Below, piece by piece: positions 51,270-64,000 of a DNA stretch of 64,000 bases (positions are counted from its first letter, which is position 1; every line of letters starts with the position of its first letter). A program made the position numbers and the translations under genes. Location of the stretch: the NCBI GenBank assembly GCA_026770705.1, contig JANJGN010000041.1, positions 4,898,001 to 4,962,000 on the forward strand, read 5' to 3'. The DNA comes from Isurus oxyrinchus (taxonomy: Eukaryota). A model generated the notes under the pieces. That model made no database searches and was not told where the DNA came from. It saw nothing but the letters and a program-made list of their open reading frames with translations.

Positions 51270-54200
51270 GTGGCAGGTGAATTACCACGTGATAGATTTC
51301 TGTCCTAAACATGTCACATACCTTTTGAGGTAGGTCTACGTTGCTCGGAGAAATGGAATGTGCATTCTGTGGAATGTGGGAAATCGCGCAGGCACAAAGT
51401 GTTTTCGATGACTACATCTGCAGGAAGTATAAACAGCTGCAGAAACTTCCACTCCGGGTTTGGGAACTCCAGTGGCGGCCATAGTTGCTGCGTTGCAGCC
51501 ACGAGGCTGAGGACTACGTAGAAAGCACGTTTGGAATGGAGGTAACACCACATCGAAGTAGTCCACAGTTAATGGTAGAATGAATGGCCGCCAAGGTAAG
51601 TGAGAGAAACAGGAATATGGTGCAATAATTCCCTGAGTTTATCTAAATGTGTTTTTTTTTTGTCAAGTTTTGGATGCTGGTAGAGGATATGGTTCCTCAG
51701 GGACATGCAGGAAGAGTCGAATTCTTTGGAAGACTGGTGCCTCAGCTACACAGCATGAGAGGAGGATGAGTGAATGTGCTACATAAGTAGAGAATTCCAT
51801 AGCTAGGGGAGAAGACAGGATTTTCTGACGCCATAGATGTGACTCCATGATTTAATGTTGCCAGTCTGATACCAGGGCCATGGATGTCACAGAGTTGCTG
51901 CAGTACTTTTCTCTTTCTGGAGGAGGGTGAAGCCCCAGATGTGGTGGGCCAATTTGGGATCAAGGACATAAGTCAGAAAAATGATGAGGTCGTGAATGCA
52001 TTTTTTTAGGGAATTAGAAAGAGAATTACGAAGCAGGACGACAAGACCAGCAACCTCATTATTACTCCCAGTAACACTTGCTAGTGAACATAAGAATGGG
52101 ACGATTAAGCAGTTCAACGCGTGGCTGCAGAAATGGATTATTTGGAAGGGATTTTTATTACTGAGTTAATGGGACCAGTTATGGGGCAGCTGGAGCCTGT
52201 AACTCCATGCGAGTTACAGCTCAACAGAGCCGAGAGACGAATGTCCTTGTGGGAAGTTTTGCTGTTGCTGCTGGGAGATTTAAAGTACTTTGGCATGGGA
52301 AGGGAAACCTGAGGGATTTCCAAGCTGGAGTGGAGAAATAAAAACCAGCCATTGGGAATTAGAGAAATATGCAATGAAACGAAGGATATATCAGACAGCA
52401 GCCTTGAAATAAATCAATTACTTGGAGAGCTTTATAGAACTAGAAGCAGCAAAAGAACGTTGTTAGATGAAGACAGGATAATGGCACTTTATTTTAAAGA
52501 GCCGAAATCAGGCTTAACGTGTATATATACGAATGCACGTATTATGATTGTAAAGATTCATGAAATAAAGCACAGTTTAACAAATAGGATTATAAAATTA
52601 TTGTGACAACAGAAGCCTGCTTCAAAGAAGGGCACCTCTAGTTGTTAACTCTTCCTGGGTAAAAAATTGTCCAGGAGAGACAGGAAAGGAAGAAATGCAA
52701 GGGTGTGTGTGGCGGTGGCGTGACAGGGAATAGTAAGCTGCACAGTGGCATTATTGTTTAGAGATAACACATGGATTCCGGAGATAGAGAACGTTGCAAG
52801 TTGTTCATGAATGGTATTTCTGTGTTTTGAGAGAAGCAATTAAATAGGTGCAGTGAGATTGAGTGGTGTTGTATACTATAGGAGTGTAGAGAGACATATT
52901 TCCTAAATAAAAGAGAGGTGGGAGAAATGCAGGGAAACTATACTGGGGGCCATATATTACTCCAACACGGACTTGATTGGGAGTAATGCAAATGGACAAG
53001 AGGGGCGAGAGCTCCTGCAAAGTCTTCAGGTTAACATTCTGCCGCAGCACTTTTCCGCTCGAACTGGAAGGCAGAAACTGTTGGACCTCGTTCTGTACAT
53101 TGTGTAGGTCAAGTGAATTAAATATCAGTGGGAGAAAATTTAGGCACAATGAACATTGCAGCATAATGTTCGTCATGCAAAACGCTAAGGATACGACCAA
53201 AGCTTGGATAATTAATTAGGACAAAGCCAACAACGGTGGGATGAGAGCGCATATTAGTTGAATGAATTGGAATCAAGCTTTGCGCAAAGGAAGTTGGATG
53301 AAAAATGGCCGTAGTCAAAGAAAAAATATTGTAGCATCTTCAAGGTATATTTCGTTAAAGTGGAAAGTTAGGACAAATAAACTCAGAGTGCCATTAATAA
53401 TGAGAAAGGTGGAAGTGAAACTGAAAAGGAAGCATCGTCCATGCAAGACATGTTTGGTAGAAAATACAATGGAGAATCAAGTCGAATATTGAAGCCCCAG
53501 AGCTAATGTGAAGAAACTAAGTACGAAAGCAAAAAGTGATTATAAAAGAAGACTGGCAGCCTCATCAAAGGAAATTCCAATGTTTCCATAAGAAGATAAA
53601 TAATGGATTGGAGGTAGAAGAAAGAGTATGAACGATTAAGGGTAATACAAACTGGACTTATACGTGGAAGTTGGAGAAATCGCAGGGTTACTGAAGGAAT
53701 ACTGCGGACCTGAGTTCACAAAGGAAGAAGCTGCTGCCCAGGCCTAGGCAAGAAAGTAGGAAACTATTAGAACAGAAAATGTATTATTGAACGTGCAGGT
53801 GTTATAAAGGCTTATTTGCCTTTAAATTGATAAGATGATTGAGATGCATCCGAGTGCAACGAAGGATTTGAGAATGAAAATTCCAGTCTTCGTTAGACAC
53901 AAGGGCAGTGCTGGAGGACTGGCGAGTTGTGAATGTTACGCCGACGTTCTATTGATGGGAAACCTGTGCAATCTCGAGATCGGGGCTAAATCAATAGCCC
54001 ACATTTATAATTCCAAGACAATTAGGGAAAGTCAGTATGGACAGCTTGTTGAAAAATCATGTTTTTTAAACTTGCTGAACTTCTTTGAGGAGGTAACAGA
54101 GAAGCTTGATAAAGTTAAACCAGTTCATGCAGTGTCCATGTATGTTCAAAACGCATTTGATGCAATGCAGCACAAGTGAGCAAAATTCTATCTTATGGGA

Positions 54201-55275
54201 TGAAATCATCAGTAGGTACTGGGATAAGATGTTAGCTGAGAAGCAACAAACAGAGAATAGTGGTAAATGTTTTTTCATTGGAGCAATGATTGTAGTGCAG
54301 TTCCCTTGCAGTCTGCGTTAGAAACCTTGATCTCCCACTGAATATTAAACAGCTAGATTGTGGTGTTCACGGCAAGTTTTCAAAATTTGCAGACGATACG
54401 AAGACTGCAAATGTTGTCAATTCTGTTGAGGATGGACTTTAATTTCAAAAGAGCGCAGAAATATTTCTGGACTTGGAAGGACAGTGGGTGACCAAGTCCA
54501 ATGCAGAGATCTGTCAGATAGTCGTTTTCACAGGAAGAATATGGAGAGAAAGCATAAAGTAAAGGACGAAAATCTAAATGAGGTTCAGGAAATTAAGGAC
54601 ATTTTTATATGTCCACATAACCAATTGAAGACGGCAGGGCGTGGCGAGAGCATTGAATAAATCCTTTGAAATCTTTGGATGTATTAATAGGTGCACTGAA
54701 CTCAACAGTGAGGACGTCAAGTGGACAATTCATAGGGCAGGGGTAAGGTCTCATCTGAAGCATCGCATCCAGTTCCCGCCGTCATACTTGAGGAAGGGTT
54801 TGGAGACATTGGAGAGAGTAGAGCAGAGAATCAAAATTATGATTGCAGGTAAAGAACTATAGCTCTGAGGATAGATGGGGGAACTTCGTCTGTTTAGCTG
54901 AGAGAAAAGAAGGCTGAGAGTAGGCTGAAGAAAGGAATTCATGATCCTGAGTTGTATAAGACAGTGAAACAGTGAGAATGTTTTCCAACTCAAGAGAGCA
55001 TCAAAGATGAGAGGGCATAGAATCAAAGATTGCAACATGAGTAAAAGTGATGTGAGATTTTTTTTTCACTCAGTGAGTGGTTGGAATCTGGGGCAATCTC
55101 CGTGAGGTAGAGGTAGATTGAAGAAAGGCATTAAAAATGGAATTCGAATCCTACCTGAAAATTAGTAATGTGCAGCTTTACGGGTTTAAGGCAGGGGAGT
55201 GGAAGATGATAGAATGTTATTTCAGAGAGTCAGACTCGCAGTTCGAATGATCGCCTTTTGCATCGTAAAGATTCG
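51270..55275 (+). mobile_element. Near full-length degenerate CR1 LINE (ORF1 zinc finger and esterase; ORF2 endonuclease and RT)
   Basis: MECAFCGMWE...DYICRKY..L..L (51353), esterase-like ENSIARG (~51790), LTCIYTNAR (ORF2 start, ~52513), SCFLNLLNFFEEVT, FADD at 54386-54397, GCINR and LERVEQR. Confidence 0.9.
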
Positions 55276-55319
55276 GCGTTTTTCTGAATGTGCTACAGAA
55301 CTAGGTGCTGTCAATGGTG

Positions 55320-58300
55320 TATTAGAGTGAGTGACTGTCACCATGGTTACAGAGCTGGTGACTGCAACTTCGGTAACAAATTGTGGTGGAGAGTGCAGAA
55401 CTGTGTAAATGGAATAGGGTGCAGGCAATCTGCTTACACAGCTACGGGCTGTCACTACAATGAAAGGATGTGGGGACTGTCGTTATTGTTGCTGTGCCAG
55501 GGGGTCATCACTATGAAAAATGGATTGGGCGAAATGTTACTCAGGTTACAGATCTGGGGAATAGACATTAAAGTAATTGATTGGTAGATTGTCCCTCAGG
55601 CTACAGAGTCAGGGGCCAATAGTTGGAGGAATTGATTGAGGAAACTATCACTCATGTAACAGTGCCAGAGTTCACTCATCCATTGCAGTGTTCTGTGCAG
55701 ACTATCAAACAGGTTACAGAGCAGGGACCACACATTATAGCAAATAATTGTGGAGAATGCCACTCAGGATACAGTGCCGGAAATGGTGACTATTGCAATT
55801 GATTGGGGAGACAGTCACTTACGTTCCAAAGCCAGGGGCCACTCACGCATTGTATTTTATTGGGTGACTGTCACTCAGGTTACAGAGCCAGGACCCAGTC
55901 AATAAAATAATTGATCTGGGAGCCAATGACTCAAAGTACGGAGCCAGGGGCCAGTCAATATCGAAATAGATTGGATTGTCAATCAGGTTAGTGAAGAAAG
56001 GATCCATCAGAACTCCAAGTGGTTGGGGAGACTGTCACTGAGCTTACAGAGCAGGGGCCAGTCATTCGACTAATTCATTAGGGAATCTGTGACTCAGGTT
56101 GCATGCCCGCAAGACAGTCTGTATATTATTTGATTAGGGAGCCTGTCACCCAGCTTAAAGAGCCCTGGCGCAGTCTGTATAATAATTAATTGATGAAGCT
56201 TTCACTCAGGTTACAGGGCCAGGGATAATTCAGGATTGTAATTCATTGGGGAATCTGTCACTCAGGTTAGAGAGCAAAGGGCCTGTAAGTACAATAATAG
56301 TTTGCGAAGACTGTCACTCACATTAGAGACCAGGGCTCCGTCAGTATAGCGATTGATTGTGGAGTCTGTCCCACAGTTTACAGTGCCAGTGGTCATTCGG
56401 ACTCGTTATTGATTGAGGACACAGTCACCCATTTTACAGATCCGGTCTACTCATTTATAGCAATTGATTGGGGAGACTGCCAATCATGTTACAGAGCAGA
56501 GAGCCTGTCACTGCAGGAATTCATTGAAGGGACTTTCTCCCAGGTTACAGAGGCGGGGGACAGCACAATGTAGGAATCGATTTGAAGAGACTGTCACCAA
56601 GGTTACCGAGCCTGGAACAGTCATTGTGGGAATTTAATGAGAAGAATGCCACTCAGATTACAGTGCCAGGGGCCTATCAGTAGAATAATTTTCTGGCAAG
56701 TCTGTCGCTCAGGCATCAAGGACGGGGACCAGTCACAATATTAATTGATTCGGGAGTCTATTATCCAGGTAGCAGAGGCGGGGTCAGTCACTTTTGGAAT
56801 GGATTGGGAAGACTTTGAATCAGATTACAGAGCCAGGGGTCATTCAAGATAGTAATTGATTGGGGAGACTGTCAATCTAGTTACAGGACCAGAGGTCATT
56901 CACGATAGTATTTAATTTTGGAGAGCGCCAATCAGGTTACAGAACAGGGAACAGTCACTATCAGAATTGATTGCAGAGACAGTCACTCAGAGTCAGGAGC
57001 CACTCGTGAATTTGTAATTTATTGGGGAGACTTTCACTCAGGTTACAGAGTCGGGGCCCAGTCAGGAAAGCAATTGACAGGGGAGAATGTCATTCAGATT
57101 AGAGATTAGGGCCCCAGTCAGGCATGTAATTGAATGGGGAGAATATCCCTCTATGCCTCCAGATTCAGTTGCCACAAGGTATTGTGATTAATTGAGGAGA
57201 CTGTCACTCAGTTTACAGATGCAGGGAAAATCACTCTAGGAATTGTTTGGGGAACGTTTGTCTCAGGTTAAAGAGCACGGGGCCAGGCAATATCAGAATT
57301 TCTTGAGGAGACTGTTACTCATGATGCAGAGCCAGGGGCCAGTCAGAACAGTAAACTGATGAGGAGACTATAACTCGGGTTGCAGAGCCAGGTGGTCTGT
57401 CAGAATAATAATTGGTTGGGGAGTCCATCGCTCAAGCAACAGGGCTGGCGGTAGTCGATAAAGTAATTTGTAGGGGAGGCTGTGACTCAGGTTACAGAGC
57501 CGGAGCTCAGTCAGTATTGGAATATATTGGGGAGACTGGCACTCAGCTAACGGAGCAGGGAGCCTGTCACTACTGGAGTTCATTGAGGGACTGTCACTCA
57601 GTTTACAGAGCCGGAGCTCAGTCAGTTTCGGAATAGATTGGGGAGACTGGCACTCAGCTAACGGTGCAGGGAGCCTGTCACTACAGGAATTCATTGAGGG
57701 ACTGTCACTCAGGTTACAGAGCCGGAGCTCAGTCAGTATCGGAATAGATTGTGGAGACTGGCACTCAGCTAACGGTGCAGGGACCTTGTCACTAAAGGAA
57801 TTCATTGAGGGACTGTCACTCAGGTTACAGAGCCGGAGCTCAGTCAGTATCGAAATAGATTGGGGAGACTGGCACTCAGCTAATGGAGCAGGGAGCCTGT
57901 CACTACAGGAATTCATTGAGGGACTGTCACTCAGTTTACAGAGCCGGAGCTCAGTCAGTAACGGAATAGATTGGGGAGACTGGCACTCAGCTAACGGAGC
58001 AGGGAGCCTGTCACTACAGTAATTCATTGAAGGACTGTCACAGAGGTTACAGAGCCGAGGACAGTCCCAACATGAATTGATTGAGGAGACTATCTCTCAG
58101 GATACAGAGCCACCTATCATTAAAGACCATGATTCATTTGAGGAGCCTGTCACTCAAATCTTTGAGCAAGGCACCTGAGTATATTCTAATTGATTGGGGA
58201 GCCTGTCACTCCGGTAAAGCAGCCTGGGCCCAGTCAATAACTTATTTGATCGGGGAGGCTGTGACTTAGGTAACTAAGCCAGGGGCCTGTCAGCATAGTA

Positions 58301-58850
58301 ATAGATTAGTTGGTCACTCAGGTGAGAAGAACAGGGGCCTACCAGAACAGCAAGTTTTTGGAGAGAATGTCACTCAGGCCTCGGGGCCAGTCAGTACAGT
58401 AATTGATATGGGAGCCTCTCACCCAGTTTAGAGAGCCTGGGACCAAAATGTGTAGGAATGAATGGATGAGGCTGCCACTCAGGTTACAGAACCAGGGATA
58501 ATTCCGAATTGTAATTGATTGAGAAATCTGCCACTCAGCTTTGGGAGTGAAGGGCCTGTTCACACAGCAATAGTTTGCAGAGGTTATTACACACATTACA
58601 GAACCGTGGCAGACTCAGTACAGCGATTGATTCGGAAAACATTCACTCCTGTTACAGAGCCAGGGCCCTGTCAGTAAAGTAATTGAATCAGGACACAGTT
58701 ACTCAGGTTACAGAGCCGGGGGCCATTCATGTATTGCAATTTATTGGGGAAACTGCCAATCAGGTTACAGAGCAGGGAGACTGACTCTGCAGGAATTGAT
58801 TGAGGACACTATCTTTCAGGTTACAGAGCCGGAGGACAGTCAGAATAATA
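55320..58850. repeat. Satellite/minisatellite of 55-56-bp monomers (~60 units) with a homogenised 111-bp dimer core
   Basis: Monomer ~GATTGGGGAGACTGTCACTCAGGTTACAGAGCCAGGGGCCAGTCA...AATT; the ctgtcac anchor at 57591, 57702, 57813, 57924 and 58035 gives period 111 = 56+55. Confidence 0.95.
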
Positions 58851-58859
58851 ATTTGGAAA

Positions 58860-59230
58860 TCAATTAGTGCTAGGGGTAGGATGGTGCAGAATTTATAAGG
58901 TGCATCCAGAGGTCTTCTTGAGGCAATATGTAGATAGACTATCAAGGGATGGGGTAATACTGGACCTGGTATTAGGGAATGAACCCGCCAGTTGGTCGAA
59001 CTTTCATTGGGGAGCGTTTCGGGAAAAGTGAAATATATTTCAGTAATTTCAAGATACTGATGGATAAGGTGAACAGGAGTCTTCGGGTTAAGGTGCTTAA
59101 TTGGGAAAACGCTAATTAAAACAATATTAGGCAGGAACTGAGAATTCTAGACTGGAGTTAGATGTTTGAGGGCAAATCAATAACTGTCATGTGGGGCGCT
59201 TTCAAATGTCAATTAATACGAATAAGTTTT
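58860..59230 (+). mobile_element. CR1 endonuclease C-terminal fragment
   Basis: ILDLVLGNEP near 58957-58986 and LNWENAN (~LNWxKANY). Confidence 0.7.
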
Positions 59231-59329
59231 ATGATTGTCGTCTTCTAATCCTCATCTAAGTTAATAGTAACGACAGTGAATAATTGAGAACCTTCTGGCC
59301 ATCGGCAGCCACCACCTGCCAATCGTAAT

Positions 59330-61020
59330 CATTGCCAATTGCCCCGAGCCTCTGGTTTCTTTCCACTGAACCTTGGCAAAATTACTAATTGGACTTCAAT
59401 TCCATCAGTATGAAATTCAGCTCAGTCCTCTTGTACAGTACTTTATCAGGTGTTGATACAGATAAAGCCCATAGACATTCCACTGTGAAATTATTGAGTA
59501 AGCACTTCAATAAATTTAATGATTTTTTCCGGTCATAAGCTACCATTTATAAACCAATGATGACTTTCTCTGCTGAGCATAGACATTTCTATCTGTCACA
59601 CACGCTATACATTAGAGAGGCTGGTCCTAATTTCATCAACAACTAAGGAAAACTAGCCTTACCGGCCCATAATTCGATGGTTTCCTTGTGACATCGTTGC
59701 TAAATGGCAGAAAAACAAGCAACATTTCCCAAACTTAAGGGCTGGTAGCCAATTATAGAAAACTGTGTAAGTATATGGGCAGATACATCTACAACAAGGT
59801 CTTGAAATATTGTCAGTCTTTAGAGCTATTAATTTCTCAATTTCTGTTATCCTGCTTACGTTAAAGTTGTTCAGCCTTTGCTCTGATTCAGTAATAATTT
59901 CCTTATGATGCCTAGCATGTTGATCTCTCCATTCACATTGATTATTGATAGAACGTACTTATTCAACATGTCTGCCACCTCCTTATTTTGATGGTCTGAT
60001 GGACAATGGCGCCATTAACAGATATTACTTGCCTTACTTTGCTTCTGACTGTTCATTTCCGAAAAACATGGAACATCGGAAAAGGAGTACATCGTTTATC
60101 TTTCCTAACCTGCTCCACCATTTATTCTCATCATGGCTGATTCTCTAAAATTATGCCATGCTCCGCCCCTCAGCCCACATCCCTTCCAAGCTTTAGCATC
60201 GATAAATCTATCCATTTCCTTCTTAAGCATATTCAGTTATCTGGCCTATATAGGGTCCTGTGGTAGAGAATTCCATATGTCCAATACTCTTTGCGTGAAG
60301 AGTATTTTTCTTCATCTCAGTCCTGAGTGACCTATCCCGTATCCTGAGAATGTGACCCATTTTATCTCGACCCCTCAGCCGGAGGAATATTCTTCACTAC
60401 TTCCAGCCTGTACATCCCTATCAAAATGGTATATGTTCCAATGTGATTCACTCTCATTCATCTGAACGCCAGCAAAGTTGGGTCTAAGCGGCCAAATTAC
60501 TCTTCAGAAGACAAACGTGCCATCGCTGGAGTCATTATGTTGAAACCTCCCTGCACCCCATGTGGCAGTATACCTTTAGTTTGGGACGGAGGCCAAAACT
60601 GCACACGATACTCCAAGTGTGGTCTCAGCAAGGCCCTATAAAGCTACAGTAAGACATAATTCATCCTGTACTCAAGTCCCCTGGCAATGAAGCCGAACAC
60701 ACCATTTACTTCCTCAACTGCTTCCTGAGCCTACAGGGTTGTTTTCAGCGATTGGTGTAGAAGAACTCCCACGACCTTTTTAAATCAACATTACCAAACC
60801 TAACAACATTTTTGAAAGTGTGTGCATTATTGTTTTGCCTAACAATTTCGATAAGTCCACACTTGTAGTCGTTATCTTTCATCTGCCATCAATGTGCCGC
60901 TCGGTTTACCTGTCTAAATAATCTTGAAGCCTCTTCACACCCTCCTGACCGCTGATATTGCCACCAAGTTCCATGTTGTTAGCAACCTTCGAAATGTTAC
61001 ATTTTGTTTGCACATTCAAA
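59330..61020 (-). mobile_element. Decayed CR1 fragments (RT region and 3' end)
   Basis: NISKVANNMELGG (~ISKFADDTKLGG) and KRLQDYLDR in ORF 60906-61115; CR1 3' tail near 60060-60300. Confidence 0.75.
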
Positions 61021-61494
61021 TCATTTTCACCATTTGCTGCTCTTTGTATGTTTAGCATGTACCAAGATCGGTGTTTTCTGCATTTATTGAGGGAATTATT
61101 TCCTTCCTGTCTCATAACTTTTTCTTGACCCCGACTTGTCTCCGGATGTTTTTTTTGGAAATTAGTTGTGTTGCAGGTTGGATATAAGTTGGGGCCTGTA
61201 ACAAATTAAATTATCTTTGAACAGCCTTTCAATGTCGTTTGCCCTTCTCATTCAAATGATTACCCCTTGTTGTTTGTCAGATAATGAATTATCTCAGACA
61301 CATTCAAGGATCTCCTCACCTTTCTAACACATGCTGGTCTGCTTATCAGAAACGTCATGGGATTTGCATTGACAAAGATGTACAGAATTCATGTAACATT
61401 TTATTGCTAATAAACAACTGATATTCAGGGAAGAGGACTTGATCTCAGGAAGGAATACGAAGGAAAGAAATGAAATGCAAAGAGATCGAGTAAC

Positions 61495-63120
61495 AGCATA
61501 GAAACATATAAATATAAATACGAGCGGTAGTAGGCCATTCGGCACTTCTATCCTCATCAGCCATTCATTATGATCATGGCTGATCATCTAACTCAATATT
61601 CTGCTCCCGCTTTCTGCCCATACTCGTTTGTGCCTCTCGCCACAGGATCAATATCCAACTCCCACTTGAAAACATAAAATATGTTGGTATCAATTACTTT
61701 CTGTGGTAGCGAAGTCCAATGGCCCACCACTGTCTGAGTGAGGAAATGTCTCCTCATTTCAGTCCTTAAAGGTGTACCTCGTATCCATAGACTGTGACCC
61801 CTGGTTGTACAGTTCCCAACCATCGGGAATGTCCTTCCTGCATTTGCTGCGCCTAGTCCTGTTAGAGCTTTATAGATTTCTATGTGATTCCCAGTCATTA
61901 TTCTGAAGTCCAGCGAATCAAATCCTAACCGATTCAATGATCCCCTTATATGTCACTCCTGCCATTCCACCCATCAGTCTGTTAAACAGTCGCTGCACTT
62001 CCTCTATAGCAATAACATCCTTCCTCAGATAAGGAGACCAAAGCTGCAGACAACATTGCAGGTGTCGTCTTACCAAGGCTCTGTACAATTGCAGCAAGAC
62101 ACCCCTGCTCCTGTCCTCTAACTTGCCTTATTTACCATTTGTTTCACCTGCATGCTTAACTTCAGCGACTGGTTTACGTGGATACACCAGTCTATTTGCA
62201 TATTCATGTCCCTCAATTTGTAGCTATTTAGATAATAATCTAACTTCCTGTTTTTGCTACCAAAGTGGATAACCACACATGTATCCACATTATACTGCAT
62301 CTACCATGCATTTGTCCATTCACCCAGCTTGTCCATGTCACACTGAGAAAAAGCTGCTTCCTCCTCACAGCTCACCCTCCCACTCAGCGTTGTCTCACTG
62401 TAAATTTGGAGATATTACATTTAATTCCCTCAGCTGAATCATTAATATATATTGGAAATAGCTGTGGACCCATGACTGATCACTGCATTCACCTTTAGTC
62501 ACTGCCTACCATCTGGAAACAAAATCCACTTATTCCTACACTTGTTTCCTGTCTGCCAAAAAGTTTTATATCCATCTCAATACACAACCCCCAATCTCAT
62601 GCGCTTTAATATTACACGCCCGTCTCTTACATGGGACATTGTCAAAAGCCTTCCGAATGTCCCAAGCAGCCACATCAATTGGCTCCTCCTCATCAACTCT
62701 ATGAGTTCCATCCTTGAAAAATTCCAATAGATTTTTCAAGCATGACGTGATTTCCTTTTCGTAAATCCATACTGAAACAGTCCGATTCTGCCACTGTTTT
62801 CCAACTGCACAGCGGTGAAATCTTTCATATTTTACTCTAGAATTTTCCCCACTAACAATGACAGGCTGTTCTATAATTACCTGTTTTCTTTTTAGCACAT
62901 TTTTTTAAATAGCGAGGTTGCATTAGCTATCCTCCAATCTGACGGAACTGTTCAAGAGTCTTTAGAATGGCAGAAGATGTCCACCAATGTATCCACTATG
63001 TATGAGGCCACCTCCTTAAGTAAACATTGATGTAGAATGTCAGGCTCTGTGGTTAAGTGGCCATCAATCGCATTAACTTCTCCAACACAATTTCTCTACT
63101 AATAATGATTCTTTCATTTC
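61495..63120 (-). mobile_element. 5'-truncated CR1 LINE (RT and 3' UTR)
   Basis: SCLKNLLEFF...DVAAWDIRKAFDNVP, MQYNVDTCVVIHFG and TRGHSL...RRHFLTQTVVGHWTSLP; tail catagaaacata at ~61497. Confidence 0.9.
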
Positions 63121-64000
63121 CTCCCTTGGAAATTGGAATAGAACACTTCAAGTCCAGGATCCTGATAATAACTCTGAACAATTCCACTGAAAATGATGAA
63201 AAATCTCATCTTGCTGATAGCAGTTTTAAAGCTTTTTCAGCCCAGTCCCATTGTTGGAGGGATGTCCCCACTGAGCCACAGAGGTATATAGTTCTAAATT
63301 TCTCTGATCAGTTTTTAGCCAGTTTTCGTATTGTTCGATTTTTTTTCAGCTTCATGTTTTAAATTCATGTTTAATCTGATGAATTAAGATGATTCTGCGT
63401 GAGGCTGAAAGATTTATCGTTAAAAAGTTCTACAGGTTAATTCACTGAATGTTTAGCCACTAGTTGAGCAGCTGGAGGGAATAGAGGGAATGGCGGTTGT
63501 TGCTAGCTGATCTGAACACAGCACCAAGAAAGGTGCAGCGCAGGCTGGTGGATCACAAGTGGACAAATGACCTGCAAACGAGACTCTAGAGTTGGTCTTG
63601 CACACACGCACCTCATAGGGGTGGAACCCAGTAACCCCCCGCGATCACTGCTACCTGCTGTGAAGTGCGAAAGTGCAGAATATATGTGTGGACAGTGTGC
63701 TGTGAATGTGCTGCACTGTTGGATGTGCTAATGTTTGGATGAAACATATAACAGAGATCCAGTCCACCTCTTCATCAGAAAGAGCATGTCAAACAAATTA
63801 TTTGAACATCTGGCAGATCTCTGGGGTGTCCTGGAAGAACACCACTTTATCAAGATGACCTGACTTTCCTCAGACTGTCTAATGTCAGTCTCCGTTCATG
63901 GGAGATTGCTGAAAGCTGGTTGGCTGCAGTGTTTTCCATAAAACAGTCTCAGAACTTCGGAAAATAACAATGGTATTATAAAATATTTGGACCGTTCAAT

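Noticed and set aside
57368-58027. 219-aa minus-strand ORF with a 37-aa repeat and LRR-like LTELRLCNL
   Set aside because: A by-product of the 111-bp (37-codon) dimer; the frame closes outside the homogenised core and the spacing does not fit LxxLxLxxN.
55320-58850. CRISPR-like look (conserved core with variable spacers)
   Set aside because: The variable parts are homologous to each other and periodic, the context is a vertebrate genome, and no cas genes are present.

Overview
Eukaryotic, repeat-dense DNA, most consistent with a cartilaginous fish (shark) genome, judged from the CR1-dominated repeat content, the Penelope terminal repeats and the receptor type. One intact protein-coding gene is supported: a two-exon, 322-aa class A orphan GPCR of the GPR139/GPR142-like family on the + strand (exon 1 16690-16759, exon 2 30702-31600, phase-1 GT-AG intron of 13,942 bp). 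About 10 kb of that intron is a ~5.1-kb tandem duplication. Most of the rest is decayed mobile DNA: many CR1-group LINEs (one near full length), an RTE LINE with an internal ~864-bp tandem amplification, a fossil hAT transposase carrying nested LINE insertions, and a Penelope-like element with an inverted pLTR bearing a variant minimal hammerhead-ribozyme motif. The window also has a layered 55-56-bp satellite with higher-order structure, an old non-coding repeat array of unknown origin at ~46.8-51.2 kb, and a 138-N assembly gap. All family calls come from motif recognition by eye, not database searches, and TE boundaries are approximate. No prokaryotic or CRISPR system is present, and I cannot claim a clearly new biological system.
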